From a virus (taxonomy: Duplodnaviria; Heunggongvirae; Uroviricota; Caudoviricetes), in the IMG/VR virus record IMGVR_UViG_2695420595_000014, positions 1 through 42,212 of that record: 42,212 nucleotides of DNA; one strand, written 5' to 3'. The translations under genes and the position numbers were made by a program. The number at the start of each line of letters is the position of its first letter. The first letter of the stretch is position 1. Below, one piece after another: positions 16,985 to 26,642 of this stretch. The notes beneath the pieces are model-generated. The model was given only the letters and a program-made list of their open reading frames with translations. It did no database searches and was not told the origin of the DNA.

Positions 16985-17157
16985 GGCGACAGCGACGAAG
17001 TTTCACCGACATCATCTGAGAAAACTGCAAATACCTTCCAACGAAACGCTCCAGAAATAAACGCAAGCCAATCCCAAAAGAATCTGACGTAAAAACCTTC
17101 AATTACACAGCTCACCTGTGGGATATCCGGTGGCTAAGATATCGTGCGAGGAAATGA
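16981..17157 (+). pseudogene. ninE: ninE homolog interrupted by an in-frame TGA at codon 13
   Basis: MRRQRRSFTDII-TGA(17017..17019)[39 protein letters not shown]; lambda NinE has Cys at this position (from memory). Confidence 0.6.
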
Positions 17158-17561
17158 CAATGCTTTTAATTCAACCTGGATTTGGCCTTAGCATCAAAAA
17201 ATGGCACATGTTTGGCGAGAAAGAGTCTCAACGAAAAATGGTGCTTATCAAGTTGCCATTTATCAGTATTTGTTGGCTAAACAGGGAGGCAGCAAATTAT
17301 TTGTCTACATGCGCCAGAGCAGCATTTAACGACCCTGAGTGGTTTGTAGAAAACCATCACGCTGTTCGTCAGGCAAAGAGAAAGGCCAAAACGACATACA
17401 TGAAGGCGTATCGAAAAGCATGGAAAGAACACCGCGATCGATACCAACAAGACATGGAAAAGCTTGAATCAGAAAACATGGAATTAAGACGAAAGCTCGG
17501 TGAAGCAAAACGAGACATTGATGCTTACAAGCGACTTTTTAATGGTGAAAGCCATGCTTAG
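17154..17561 (+). CDS. Hypothetical nin-region protein (about 135 aa; ninX position)
   Basis: ORF 17118..17561; ATG at 17154 overlaps the ninE stop; C-terminal coiled-coil-like region. Confidence 0.5.
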   Translation: MTMLLIQPGFGLSIKKWHMFGEKESQRKMVLIKLPFISICWLNREAANYLSTCARAAFNDPEWFVENHHAVRQAKRKAKTTYMKAYRKAWKEHRDRYQQDMEKLESENMELRRKLGEAKRDIDAYKRLFNGESHA

Positions 17562-17730
17562 CCCATCCCAATCCCTTCAATACCAGAAAGAAAGCGTCGA
17601 GCGAGCTTTAACGTGCGCTAACTGCGGTCAGAAGCTGCATGTGCTGGAAGTTCACGTGTGCTCAGATTGCTGCGCAGAACTGATGAGCGATCCGAATAGC
17701 TCAATGTACGAGGAAGAAGACGATGAATGA
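17554..17730 (+). CDS. ninF: NinF (58 aa)
   Basis: ESVERALTCANCGQKLHVLEVHVC..CCAELMSDPNSSM.EEEDD is near-identical to lambda NinF. Confidence 0.75.
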   Translation: MLSPSQSLQYQKESVERALTCANCGQKLHVLEVHVCSDCCAELMSDPNSSMYEEEDDE

Positions 17731-18445
17731 GTTAATAAATGGCAATGCCATCAAAATGACAAGCATTGAAATCGCTGAGTTGGTGGGTAAGCGTCATGAC
17801 AATGTGAAACGTACCATCGAAACGCTGGCTAAAAATGGTGTTATCCGGCTTCCTCAAATTGAGGTTTCCGAAAGAATCAATAACTTAGGGTTCCATGTTC
17901 AGTACGAGCATTACGTCTTCGAGGGCGAACAAGGTAAGCGAGACAGTATTGTCGTTGTTGCCCAGTTGTCGCCAGAGTTCACCGCTCGCCTTGTTGACCG
18001 CTGGCGAGAGCTTGAAGAAGCTGCAGTTAATATCCCCAAAACGCTACCGGAAGCGTTGCGCCTTGCTGCCGATCTTGCTGAGCAGAAAATGCAACTGGAA
18101 AACCAGCTCGCAATTGTCGCACCTAAAGTTGAGTTTGCCGATCGCGTTGGCGAGGCCAGCGGAATTTTGATTGGGAACTTTGCAAAGGTTGTTGGTATTG
18201 GTCAAAACAAACTGTTTGCGTGGATGCGTGATCACAAAATCCTTATTGCTTCAGGTTCCCGGCGCAATGTGCCAATGCAGGAATATATGGATCGCGGCTA
18301 TTTCACAGTGAAAGAAACAGCGGTCAACACAAATCACGGAATACAGATATCGTTCACCACAAAAATCACCGGGCGCGGTCAACAGTGGCTGACCAGAAAG
18401 TTGCTCGATAACGGAATGCTGAAAGTAACAGGGGAGGCTGCTTAA
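17723..18445 (+). CDS. Rha-family phage regulatory protein / antirepressor-like (240 aa)
   Basis: N-terminal Rha-like DNA-binding region and C-terminal KilAC/ANT-like region; assigned by family resemblance. Confidence 0.55.
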   Translation: MNELINGNAIKMTSIEIAELVGKRHDNVKRTIETLAKNGVIRLPQIEVSERINNLGFHVQYEHYVFEGEQGKRDSIVVVAQLSPEFTARLVDRWRELEEAAVNIPKTLPEALRLAADLAEQKMQLENQLAIVAPKVEFADRVGEASGILIGNFAKVVGIGQNKLFAWMRDHKILIASGSRRNVPMQEYMDRGYFTVKETAVNTNHGIQISFTTKITGRGQQWLTRKLLDNGMLKVTGEAA

Positions 18446-18735
18446 TGGCTAACCTACGCAAAGAAGCACGCGGCAGAGAATGCCAGGTACGTATTTACGG
18501 CGTATGCAATGGCAATCCTGAAACTACAGTTCTGGCACATTACCGGATGGCTGGAATTTGCGGAACGGGAATGAAGCCTGACGACCTGATCGGTGCATGG
18601 GCTTGTAGTGCGTGTCACGATGAAATCGACCGACGCACCCATAATCTCGACAACAAAGACGCCAGACTTTACCACCTCGAAGGCGTGATCAGAACGCAGG
18701 CGATACTGCTGAGGGAGGGGAAGATTAAGTCATGA
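18445..18735 (+). CDS. ybcO: YbcO-like putative nuclease (DUF1364, 96 aa)
   Basis: RGRECQVRI.GVCNGNPETTVLAH...CSACHDEIDRRTH matches DLP12 YbcO from memory. Confidence 0.7.
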   Translation: MANLRKEARGRECQVRIYGVCNGNPETTVLAHYRMAGICGTGMKPDDLIGAWACSACHDEIDRRTHNLDNKDARLYHLEGVIRTQAILLREGKIKS

Positions 18736-19094
18736 ACGAATATCAGTTTGTGCTTCCATACCCGCCGTCGGTGAATACCTACTGGCGAAGACGGGGAAGC
18801 CAATATTACATAAGCGATAAAGGCCAGAAATACCGAAAAGACGTTCAGCAAATCATCCGCCAACTCAAGTTAGACATTTTCACCAAATCACGACTCCGTA
18901 TCAAAGTCATCGCAGACGTTCCAGACTCCCGCCGCCGCGACCTCGACAACATCCTGAAAGGTTTACTCGACTCCCTTATCCACGCCGGATTTGCGGAAGA
19001 CGACGAGCAATTCGATGACATTCGCGTAATTCGTGGTGTGAAAGTGCCAGGCGGACGGCTTGGAATAAAAATCACCGAACTGGAGAACGTATGA
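18732..19094 (+). CDS. rusA: RusA Holliday-junction resolvase (120 aa)
   Basis: PPSVNTYWRR...PDSRRRDLDNILKGLLDSL...GGRL matches RusA. Confidence 0.85.
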   Translation: MNEYQFVLPYPPSVNTYWRRRGSQYYISDKGQKYRKDVQQIIRQLKLDIFTKSRLRIKVIADVPDSRRRDLDNILKGLLDSLIHAGFAEDDEQFDDIRVIRGVKVPGGRLGIKITELENV

Positions 19095-19279
19095 ACGCCA
19101 CAATTCAAACGATACCAGAGCTTCTTATCCAGACACGAGGCAATCAGACCGAAGTGGCGAGGATGCTTTCCTGCGCAAGAGGGACAGTGCTCAAGTACAA
19201 CCGAGACAGCAAAGGCGAGCGTCACGTAATAGTTAACGGCGTCCTGATGGTCAAACAGGGCAAGAGGGGAAGACGATGA
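19091..19279 (+). CDS. ninH: NinH (62 aa)
   Basis: GNQTEVARMLSCARGTVLKY...VIVNGVLMV matches lambda NinH. Confidence 0.7.
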   Translation: MNATIQTIPELLIQTRGNQTEVARMLSCARGTVLKYNRDSKGERHVIVNGVLMVKQGKRGRR

Positions 19280-19764
19280 GCATAAGAGAACTAAACCTCA
19301 CCAAAGAACAGCACGATTGGCTGAATGGCTGGCTTGAACTGTGGGGCGCATGGGTTTATTCAGGTCGTCTGGAAAAGCGCATGAGCAGCGTAATAGCGAA
19401 GTTCATGGAGAGCGTAGAGCCGGGAAGAGTTATGACAAGGCCAATGTGTAATGATGATGATGGAATGTTGATTTCTCAGGTCGTCGATTCCGTCATGTAC
19501 ATTGACAAGAAAGCCTTTGGAATCCTCCTCAGCTACTACGCTCATGGCTCTTCCAAGCACGCCATTGCATCTTACTATCATCGCGTCGCAAGACCTCGCA
19601 AGATGTTATGCCGTGGCGGCGGGCGCATTCAAAAACCATCGCTCGCAACCTGTCGACGGGAAGTTGACGAAATCCTTAATGCCTCGTTGTTTATGATTTA
19701 CCCGGTTCTGGATAGTGCGTTTAAAAATCGGAAACGTGTAGAGAAAATTAAACATGTAGCATAG
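19276..19764 (+). CDS. Q: Late-gene antiterminator Q (162 aa)
   Basis: Last gene of the nin region before the tRNAs and lysis cassette; Q-family by position and size; sequence identity not confirmed. Confidence 0.55.
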   Translation: MSIRELNLTKEQHDWLNGWLELWGAWVYSGRLEKRMSSVIAKFMESVEPGRVMTRPMCNDDDGMLISQVVDSVMYIDKKAFGILLSYYAHGSSKHAIASYYHRVARPRKMLCRGGGRIQKPSLATCRREVDEILNASLFMIYPVLDSAFKNRKRVEKIKHVA

Positions 19765-19810
19765 AACGTGTTGACATCATTGAGCAAATGAGCAACACTA
19801 TTGGCATAAG

Positions 19811-19855
19811 CTGCCGTTAGTGACTCTTAAGTTGCAACGGTGGCTTTTTTTATTT
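19811..19855 (+). terminator. Putative tR'-like terminator downstream of Q
   Basis: Stem ccgtt...aacgg followed by tggc-TTTTTTTATTT. Confidence 0.4.
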
Positions 19856-19930
19856 GGGTCAGTCGTATAAAGGTCATTACGGAAGGCTGTTAACCTTCTT
19901 ATCGTGGTTCGAGTCCACGCTGTCCCGCCA
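19856..19930 (+). tRNA. tRNA-like gene, anticodon GUU (Asn) by manual folding, with acceptor and D-stem mismatches
   Basis: 75 nt ending CCA; T-arm cgtgg-ttcgagt-ccacg; 5-bp anticodon stem with loop CUGUUAA; one T-T mismatch in the acceptor stem and one in the D stem. Confidence 0.5.
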
Positions 19931-19935
19931 AATAT

Positions 19936-20011
19936 GCTGGTTTAGCTCCAATGGTAGAGCAGTCGCCTTGTAAGCGAATGGGTAGCGGTTCAAGTCCGTT
20001 AACCAGCACCA
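19936..20011 (+). tRNA. tRNA, anticodon UGU (Thr) by manual folding
   Basis: 76 nt; perfect 7-bp acceptor stem GCTGGTT/AACCAGC, D-arm GCTC/GAGC, anticodon loop CUUGUAA, T-loop TTCAAGT, 3' CCA. Confidence 0.7.
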
Positions 20012-20253
20012 TAACTGAGCCGTAGCCACTGGCTATCCTGAATTCATCAGTGATAGTTACGCTGCGGCATTCTACGCATGACCTTCGTGAAAGCGGGTGG
20101 CAAGAGGCTGCGCTAACAACCTCCTGCCGTTTTGCCCGTGCATATCGGTCACGAACAAATCTGATTACTAAACACAGTAGCCTGGATTTGTTCTATCAGT
20201 AATCGACCTTATTCCTAATTAAATAGAGCAAATCCCCTTATTGGGGGTAAGAC

Positions 20254-20577
20254 ATGAAGATGCCAGAAAAACATGACCTGTTAGCCGCCATTCTCGCGGC
20301 AAAGGAACAAGGCATCGGGGCAATCCTTGCGTTTGCAATGGCGTACCTTCGCGGCAGATATAATGGCGGTGCGTTTACAAAAACAGTAATCGACGCAACG
20401 ATGTGCGCCATTATCGCCTGGTTCATTCGTGACCTTCTCGACTTCGCCGGACTAAGTAGCAATCTCGCTTATATAACGAGCGTGTTCATCGGCTACATCG
20501 GTACTGACTCGATTGGTTCGCTTATCAAACGCTTCGCTGCTAAAAAAGCCGGAGTAGAAGATGGTGGAAATCAATAA
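20254..20577 (+). CDS. S: Holin S (class I, dual-start, 107 aa)
   Basis: [39 protein letters not shown]... essentially identical to lambda S from memory. Confidence 0.9.
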   Translation: MKMPEKHDLLAAILAAKEQGIGAILAFAMAYLRGRYNGGAFTKTVIDATMCAIIAWFIRDLLDFAGLSSNLAYITSVFIGYIGTDSIGSLIKRFAAKKAGVEDGGNQ

Positions 20578-21037
20578 TCAACGTAAGGCGTTCCTCGATA
20601 TGCTGGCGTGGTCAGAGGGAACTGATAATGGACGTCAGAAAACCAGAAATCATGGTTATGACGTCATTGTTGGCGGAGAGCTATTCACTGATTACTCCGA
20701 TCACCCTCGCAAACTTGTCACGCTAAACCCCAAACTCAAATCAACAGCCGCCGGACGCTACCAGCTTCTTTCCCGTTGGTGGGATGCCTATCGTAAGCAG
20801 CTTGGCCTGAAAGACTTCTCTCCGAAAAGCCAGGACGCTGTGGCACTGCAACAGATTAAAGAGCGTGGCGCTTTACCGATGATTGATCGCGGTGATATCC
20901 GTCAGGCAATCGACCGTTGCAGCAATATCTGGGCTTCACTGCCGGGGGCTGGTTATGGTCAGTTCGAGCATAAGGCTGACAGCCTGATTGCAAAATTCAA
21001 AGAGGCTGGCGGAGCGGTCAGAGAGATTGAGGTATGA
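20561..21037 (+). CDS. R: Endolysin R (lytic transglycosylase, 158 aa)
   Basis: [39 protein letters not shown]... near-identical to lambda R. Confidence 0.9.
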   Translation: MVEINNQRKAFLDMLAWSEGTDNGRQKTRNHGYDVIVGGELFTDYSDHPRKLVTLNPKLKSTAAGRYQLLSRWWDAYRKQLGLKDFSPKSQDAVALQQIKERGALPMIDRGDIRQAIDRCSNIWASLPGAGYGQFEHKADSLIAKFKEAGGAVREIEV

Positions 21038-21501
21038 GCAGAGTAACCGCGATTATCTCCGCTCTGGTTATCTGCATCATCGTCTGTCTGTCATGGGCTG
21101 TTAATCATTACCGTGATAATGCCATCGCCTACAAAGAGCAGCGAGATAAAAAAGTCAGTGAGCTGAAGCAGGCGACCGCCACCATTACTGACATGCAGCA
21201 ACGCCAGCGTGCTGCTGATGTACTCGATGCTAAATACACGAAGGAGTTAGCTGATGCGAAAGCTGAAAATGATGCTCTTCGTCGCAAGCTTGATAATGGT
21301 GGCAGGGTGCTCGTCAAAGGAAAATGCCCTGTGCCATCCTCAGCCGAAACCTCCGGCGCCTCCGGCATGGGCAATGATGCCACCGTCGAACTCTCTCCAG
21401 TTGCTGGACGAAACGTTCTCGGTATCCGGGACGGAATCATCAGCGACCAAACAGCACTGAGAACGCTTCAGGAATACATCAGGACGCAATGCCTTCGATG
21501 A
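21034..21501 (+). CDS. Rz: Spanin inner-membrane subunit Rz (155 aa)
   Basis: N-terminal TM, coiled coil; lambda Rz-like; follows R with ATGA overlap. Confidence 0.85.
   Translation: MSRVTAIISALVICIIVCLSWAVNHYRDNAIAYKEQRDKKVSELKQATATITDMQQRQRAADVLDAKYTKELADAKAENDALRRKLDNGGRVLVKGKCPVPSSAETSGASGMGNDATVELSPVAGRNVLGIRDGIISDQTALRTLQEYIRTQCLR
21254..21460 (+). CDS. Rz1: Spanin outer-membrane lipoprotein Rz1, embedded in Rz in the +1 frame
   Basis: [19 protein letters not shown] lipobox, proline-rich mature region; AAGGAG SD. Confidence 0.7.
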   Translation: MRKLKMMLFVASLIMVAGCSSKENALCHPQPKPPAPPAWAMMPPSNSLQLLDETFSVSGTESSATKQH

Positions 21502-21641
21502 TAGCGATAATTTTACTCATCATCCTTCACATCTGGCTCTGTAGACAGGGTGGTGAACACTTCTGGATTGAATCCAGATTAAACATCTCATTGCTGATGC
21601 TTGAAGTTGAGCATCTGGCGCGCGGTAAGGGGCTGCGTTGA
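21498..21641 (+). CDS. 47-aa hydrophobic peptide, translationally coupled to Rz (speculative)
   Basis: ATG overlaps the Rz stop (ATGA); [15 protein letters not shown]...; not in the ORF track. Confidence 0.25.
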   Translation: MIAIILLIILHIWLCRQGGEHFWIESRLNISLLMLEVEHLARGKGLR

Positions 21642-21882
21642 GATAAGAGCCAGTTCATTACAAAGCCTATCTACGGGTGGGCTTGATAATGAAACCGGAA
21701 TTTATTCTGGGCAACCAGTTACGGCAGTACAGCGAAACAACCCAAGCCAGTAAGTGGGGAAATAACACTGGCAGCCACTGAAAGATGAACCCCCTGCCTT
21801 ATGGCAAAAAAGATTCTTTGTGGTGGCGGACTGATGGAAAGACATCCGCTGAATCGATGATAAACAAGTGGAAGAGGTTGCG

Positions 21883-22053
21883 ATGGTTTCCGTGAACAAA
21901 GATCCGAAGGAAGGCGTTGAATACATCACTGGTGCTGATGGTGTGAAAAGACCAATGGCTTATTACAAAGCGGCTGAAGAGAGGGCAAGAATAGAAAATC
22001 CCCCTAAATGCGGATCATTTTTCGACATGCTGGACCTTCAATGGAAGTTGTGA
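21883..22053 (+). CDS. Small hypothetical protein (56 aa)
   Basis: ATG with GAAGAGG SD inside ORF 21868..22053. Confidence 0.35.
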   Translation: MVSVNKDPKEGVEYITGADGVKRPMAYYKAAEERARIENPPKCGSFFDMLDLQWKL

Positions 22054-22192
22054 ACAACTAACAGGTCGCTCAGGCGGCCTTTTTTATTGCCATCACAAAA
22101 GCCATTCCCTACAGAGTGGCTTTGGTAATGGCTTATACCCTACACGGGATAACTTAACTGATATCCCTTTTAACGGATAAACGGAGCCAACA

Positions 22193-22435
22193 ATGGCAGA
22201 GATTATTCCCATGACTGAAGAACAGAAATTCCAGTTAGAGATTTACAAACTGGTCATGAACCAGAACACAGCCGCAGAAGAAGCATTTCAGTTCATTGGC
22301 ACTGACGAGTTGAAGCTTGAGCTATTCAAAATTCACTTCCAGTCAGGCGGCGCTAATTCAGATATCACGACCCGCACTATCGAAGCGGTGCGTAAATCGA
22401 AGGAAGCGTTAGACCTGTTCACTACCGGAGCATAA
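22193..22435 (+). CDS. Hypothetical protein (80 aa) upstream of the small terminase
   Basis: ORF with GGAG SD. Confidence 0.5.
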   Translation: MAEIIPMTEEQKFQLEIYKLVMNQNTAAEEAFQFIGTDELKLELFKIHFQSGGANSDITTRTIEAVRKSKEALDLFTTGA

Positions 22436-22514
22436 ACATGGCAACTCAAGGTTTCGACAACCCATCCAAATTCCGCGATGAATGGGATAAGCAAGCAGAA
22501 GGGAAATAATCAAT

Positions 22515-22940
22515 ATGGCGACTGAGAAAAAGAAAGGTGGTCGCCCCTCTGATTATATGCCGGAGGTGGCTAATGACATTTGCGCATTGCTTTCCTCCGG
22601 TGAGAGTCTGCGCAAAGTTTGCGAACGCCCAGGAATGCCGAGCAAAACATCAGTTTTTCGCTGGCTGGCTGAACATCAGGAGTTTCGTGACCAGTACGCG
22701 AAGGCAACAGAGACTCGGGCCGACTCTATTTTCGAAGAGATATTCGAAATTGCTGACGACGTAATCCCTGATGCCGCCGAGGTGGCAAAGGCAAGACTTC
22801 GCGTTGATACCCGCAAATGGGCGCTGGCCAGAATGAATCCCCGTAAGTATGGCGACAAGGTAACTAATGAGCTTGTCGGCAAAGACGGCGGCGCAATCCA
22901 GATTGAAACATCACCGATGAGCACTCTATTCGGAAAATGA
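22515..22940 (+). CDS. Terminase small subunit (Sf6 gp1-like, 141 aa)
   Basis: Precedes the large terminase with overlap; sequence resembles the Sf6 small terminase as I recall it. Confidence 0.7.
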   Translation: MATEKKKGGRPSDYMPEVANDICALLSSGESLRKVCERPGMPSKTSVFRWLAEHQEFRDQYAKATETRADSIFEEIFEIADDVIPDAAEVAKARLRVDTRKWALARMNPRKYGDKVTNELVGKDGGAIQIETSPMSTLFGK

Positions 22941-24352
22941 CCTCGATTAATCCTATCTTTGAACCGTTCATTGAGGCGCATCGCTACAAAGTCGCCAAAG
23001 GCGGTCGAGGTAGCGGTAAGTCATGGGCAATTGCGAGGCTGCTTGTTGAAGCGGCGCGTCGGCAGCCTGTGCGTATTCTCTGCGCTCGTGAACTGCAAAA
23101 CAGTATCAGCGATTCGGTAATCCGGTTGCTTGAAGACACCATAGAGCGGGAAGGGTATTCGGCTGAGTTTGAAATTCAGCGTTCAATGATTCGTCATCTC
23201 GGAACGAATGCTGAATTCATGTTCTACGGCATCAAAAACAACCCGACGAAGATTAAATCGCTAGAAGGCATTGATATCTGCTGGGTGGAGGAAGCGGAAG
23301 CGGTAACGAAGGAATCATGGGATATCCTGATACCAACCATCCGCAAGCCATTTTCCGAAATATGGGTGAGCTTTAACCCGAAAAACATCCTCGACGATAC
23401 CTATCAGCGATTCGTCGTAAATCCTCCAGATGATATTTGCCTGCTGACGGTGAACTACACCGACAACCCGCACTTTCCTGAAGTTCTCCGTCTGGAGATG
23501 GAAGAGTGTAAACGCAGAAATCCGACCCTGTATCGTCACATCTGGCTTGGTGAGCCAGTAAGCGCAAGTGATATGGCAATCATCAAACGTGAATGGCTTG
23601 AAGCCGCAACCGATGCGCACAAGAAACTAGGATGGAAAGCGAAAGGCGCTGTTGTTTCTGCACATGACCCGTCAGATACAGGGCCGGATGCTAAAGGTTA
23701 TGCATCGCGTCACGGTTCGGTTGTTAAGCGCATTGCCGAAGGCCTGCTGATGGACATCAACGAGGGTGCTGACTGGGCTACTTCGCTGGCGATTGAAGAC
23801 GGCGCTGACCATTACCTGTGGGATGGTGATGGTGTTGGTGCCGGGCTACGCAGACAGACAACGGAAGCGTTCTCCGGCAAGAAAATCACCGCCACGATGT
23901 TCAAGGGCAGCGAATCGCCATTCGATGAAGATGCACCGTATCAGGCCGGAGCATGGGCTGATGAAGTCGTACAGGGCGACAACGTTCGCACTATTGGTGA
24001 TGTGTTCCGCAATAAGCGAGCGCAATTCTATTACGCGCTGGCTGACAGGCTTTATCTGACATATCGGGCGGTTGTCCACGGTGAGTATGCAGACCCCGAC
24101 GACATGCTGAGTTTCGACAAAGAAGCAATAGGCGAGAAGATGCTGGAGAAGCTGTTTGCAGAACTGACGCAGATTCAGCGCAAATTCAATAACAACGGGA
24201 AGCTGGAGCTTATGACTAAGGTCGAAATGAAGCAGAAGCTCGGTATTCCATCTCCTAACCTGGCTGATGCATTGATGATGTGTATGCATTGCCCGGAGTC
24301 GGCTGCGCAACCCGACTATTCCAGTTACTCAATTCCTTGTGGTGTAGGTTGA
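22937..24352 (+). CDS. Terminase large subunit (471 aa)
   Basis: Walker A-like KGGRGSGKS, terminase ATPase plus nuclease architecture; ATGA overlap with the small subunit. Confidence 0.85.
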   Translation: MTSINPIFEPFIEAHRYKVAKGGRGSGKSWAIARLLVEAARRQPVRILCARELQNSISDSVIRLLEDTIEREGYSAEFEIQRSMIRHLGTNAEFMFYGIKNNPTKIKSLEGIDICWVEEAEAVTKESWDILIPTIRKPFSEIWVSFNPKNILDDTYQRFVVNPPDDICLLTVNYTDNPHFPEVLRLEMEECKRRNPTLYRHIWLGEPVSASDMAIIKREWLEAATDAHKKLGWKAKGAVVSAHDPSDTGPDAKGYASRHGSVVKRIAEGLLMDINEGADWATSLAIEDGADHYLWDGDGVGAGLRRQTTEAFSGKKITATMFKGSESPFDEDAPYQAGAWADEVVQGDNVRTIGDVFRNKRAQFYYALADRLYLTYRAVVHGEYADPDDMLSFDKEAIGEKMLEKLFAELTQIQRKFNNNGKLELMTKVEMKQKLGIPSPNLADALMMCMHCPESAAQPDYSSYSIPCGVG

Positions 24353-24353
24353 T

Positions 24354-26552
24354 ATGGCAGAAAAAAAGATGACTGACTGGCATCGCAAGGTGCTGTGCAA
24401 CTTTGATAATGCCTGGTCAGCAACGCAGGATATGCGTGAGCAGATTATTGAGGCTCAACGTTTCGTCCGGGTGTCCGGCGCACAGTGGGAAGGCAGTACA
24501 AACGCTGGTTACTCATTTGATGAGGGCAGGTTTGAGCATTACCCGCGCTTTGAACTGAATAAGATTTCCCGTGAATGTGATCGCATCATTGGCGAGTATC
24601 GACAGAATCGCATCAGCGTTAAATTCAGGCCGAAGGACGATAAGGCATCGGAAGCGTTAGCCGAAAAGATGAACGGCAAATTCCGCGCTGACTATCAGGA
24701 AACATCCGGTGGCGAAGCGTGTGATAACGCATTTGATGATGCTGTAACAGGCGGATTTGGTTGTTTCCGCATGTGTGCCGATTACGAAGATGAAATGGAC
24801 CCAAGTAACGAGCAGCGACGCATCAGCCTTCTTCCTGTTTACGACCCGGCGACATGCGTCTTCTTCGATCAGGACAGCAAGCAATATGACCGCTCTGATG
24901 CTATGTGGGCTATGGAAATGTTCTCCATGACGCCTAAAGCGTTCGAGGCTGAATACCCTGATTCCATCGCAGCAAGTCTTTCTCGTGATGACACTGGTAC
25001 TCAGTATGACTGGTCAACGCCCGATGCCATCTATGTTGGACGTTACTACGAAGTCCGCATAGAGAAGGTGAAGCTCACGGCGTGGCGCAACCCTGTTAGC
25101 GGAGAAACGGCAATCTATGATGAAGAGCAAATCAAAGATATTGTCGACGAGCTGACCGATGGTGCATTCGAACTGATTGGCGAGCGAACGGTGAAGAAGC
25201 GCCGCGTTTATTGCGGACTTCTGTCTGGCGCTGAATGGCTGGAAGAACCGAAGCGTATTCCAGGCGAACATATTCCACTCATCCCGGTATATGGGCGTCG
25301 CTCATTTGTTGATAATCAGGAGCGAATCGAAGGTCACGCAGCAAAAGCGATGGATGCACAGCGTCTTGAGAACCTGATGGTTTCTATGATTGCAGATAAC
25401 GCTACTCAGGCTGGCGGTGATGGCATTCCTGTAGTTGATGTTGACATGATTCCTGGTCCTCTCGCCACTCATTGGGCGGAGCGCAACAAAAAGCGCCCGG
25501 CGTTCCTGCCGATGGTCAGTCTGAAAAACAAAAACGGCGATATTACTGCGCAGGCTCAGGTAAGTAGTTATACACCTCCGACACAAATGCCTCCTGCTCT
25601 TGCTGGGCTATTGCAGTACACCGGAACGGCTATTCAGCAAATTACAGGTGCGTCGCAGATTGAGAACATGCCGAGCAACGTCGCCACCGATACCGTTGAT
25701 AGCATCTTTAACCGGATGGATACGCAGTCCTATATCTACATGGACAACATGGCTAAATCCATGCGTCGCGCTGGCGTCGTGTGGCTTTCTATGGCACGTG
25801 AGGTCTATGGCAGTGATACGCCGATGCGTATCGTTAATGAGGACGGCAGCGATGACGTGGCGCTGATGACTGGTGAAGTGGTTGACCGTCAGACAGGCCA
25901 GGTTATCGCTCTTAATGACCTTTCGCAGGGCAACTATGAAGTGACTGTCGATGTCGGTCAGTCGTTCGCTACTCGCCGTGATGCAACGGTTAAGTCGTTA
26001 CTTTCCATGCTGGCACTTATCCCACCAGGAACGCCGAAGCACGACCTTGTATCGTCGATGATTCTCGACAATATGGACGGCGAAGGGATGGACGACCTTA
26101 AAGAATACAACCGCAATCAGTTGCTTCTGTCTGGCGTTATCAAGCCGAGAACGCCTGAAGAACAGCAGATGGTTGAACAGGCGAAACAACAACAGGCCAG
26201 TCAGCCAGATCCGGCTATGGTTGCAGCGCAAGGTCAGCTTCTTGCTGGTCAGGCTGAATTGCAGAAAGCGCAGAACGAACAGGCAGCCATTCAGGTTAAA
26301 GCATTCCAGGCACAGACTGATGCTCAGGTTGCAGCGGCAAATGTTGTGAAAATACTCGCATCTGCCGATAGTCAGCAGAAATCTGATATCCGCGAGGCTC
26401 TGAAACTGCTCGGACAGTTCCAGCAACAGCAAGGAGATAATGCCCGTGCTGATGCAGAGCTTGTCCTGAAAAGTCAGGCACAGGGCCATGCGCAGCGCAT
26501 GGACATCAGCAGCATCCTGCAAAAATCAACTCAGCAACAACCACAGCAGTAA
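24354..26552 (+). CDS. Portal protein (P22 gp1-like, 732 aa)
   Basis: Size and position after the terminase; Gln-rich C-terminal barrel region typical of P22-like portals. Confidence 0.85.
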   Translation: MAEKKMTDWHRKVLCNFDNAWSATQDMREQIIEAQRFVRVSGAQWEGSTNAGYSFDEGRFEHYPRFELNKISRECDRIIGEYRQNRISVKFRPKDDKASEALAEKMNGKFRADYQETSGGEACDNAFDDAVTGGFGCFRMCADYEDEMDPSNEQRRISLLPVYDPATCVFFDQDSKQYDRSDAMWAMEMFSMTPKAFEAEYPDSIAASLSRDDTGTQYDWSTPDAIYVGRYYEVRIEKVKLTAWRNPVSGETAIYDEEQIKDIVDELTDGAFELIGERTVKKRRVYCGLLSGAEWLEEPKRIPGEHIPLIPVYGRRSFVDNQERIEGHAAKAMDAQRLENLMVSMIADNATQAGGDGIPVVDVDMIPGPLATHWAERNKKRPAFLPMVSLKNKNGDITAQAQVSSYTPPTQMPPALAGLLQYTGTAIQQITGASQIENMPSNVATDTVDSIFNRMDTQSYIYMDNMAKSMRRAGVVWLSMAREVYGSDTPMRIVNEDGSDDVALMTGEVVDRQTGQVIALNDLSQGNYEVTVDVGQSFATRRDATVKSLLSMLALIPPGTPKHDLVSSMILDNMDGEGMDDLKEYNRNQLLLSGVIKPRTPEEQQMVEQAKQQQASQPDPAMVAAQGQLLAGQAELQKAQNEQAAIQVKAFQAQTDAQVAAANVVKILASADSQQKSDIREALKLLGQFQQQQGDNARADAELVLKSQAQGHAQRMDISSILQKSTQQQPQQ

Positions 26553-26642
26553 TTAACCCATAACGTGCAATGGCTGTCTTTATGAGGCCTGGCACCCTAT
26601 TGCCTTCCGATGGGCTGAACATCGAGTAAACAGGGGTAACAA

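Noticed and set aside
16591-17115. 174-aa minus-strand ORF
   Set aside because: Antisense to the methyltransferase and ninE region, which has clear plus-strand homology.
25998-26522. 174-aa minus-strand ORF
   Set aside because: Antisense to the portal gene, within its Gln-rich 3' region; spurious.
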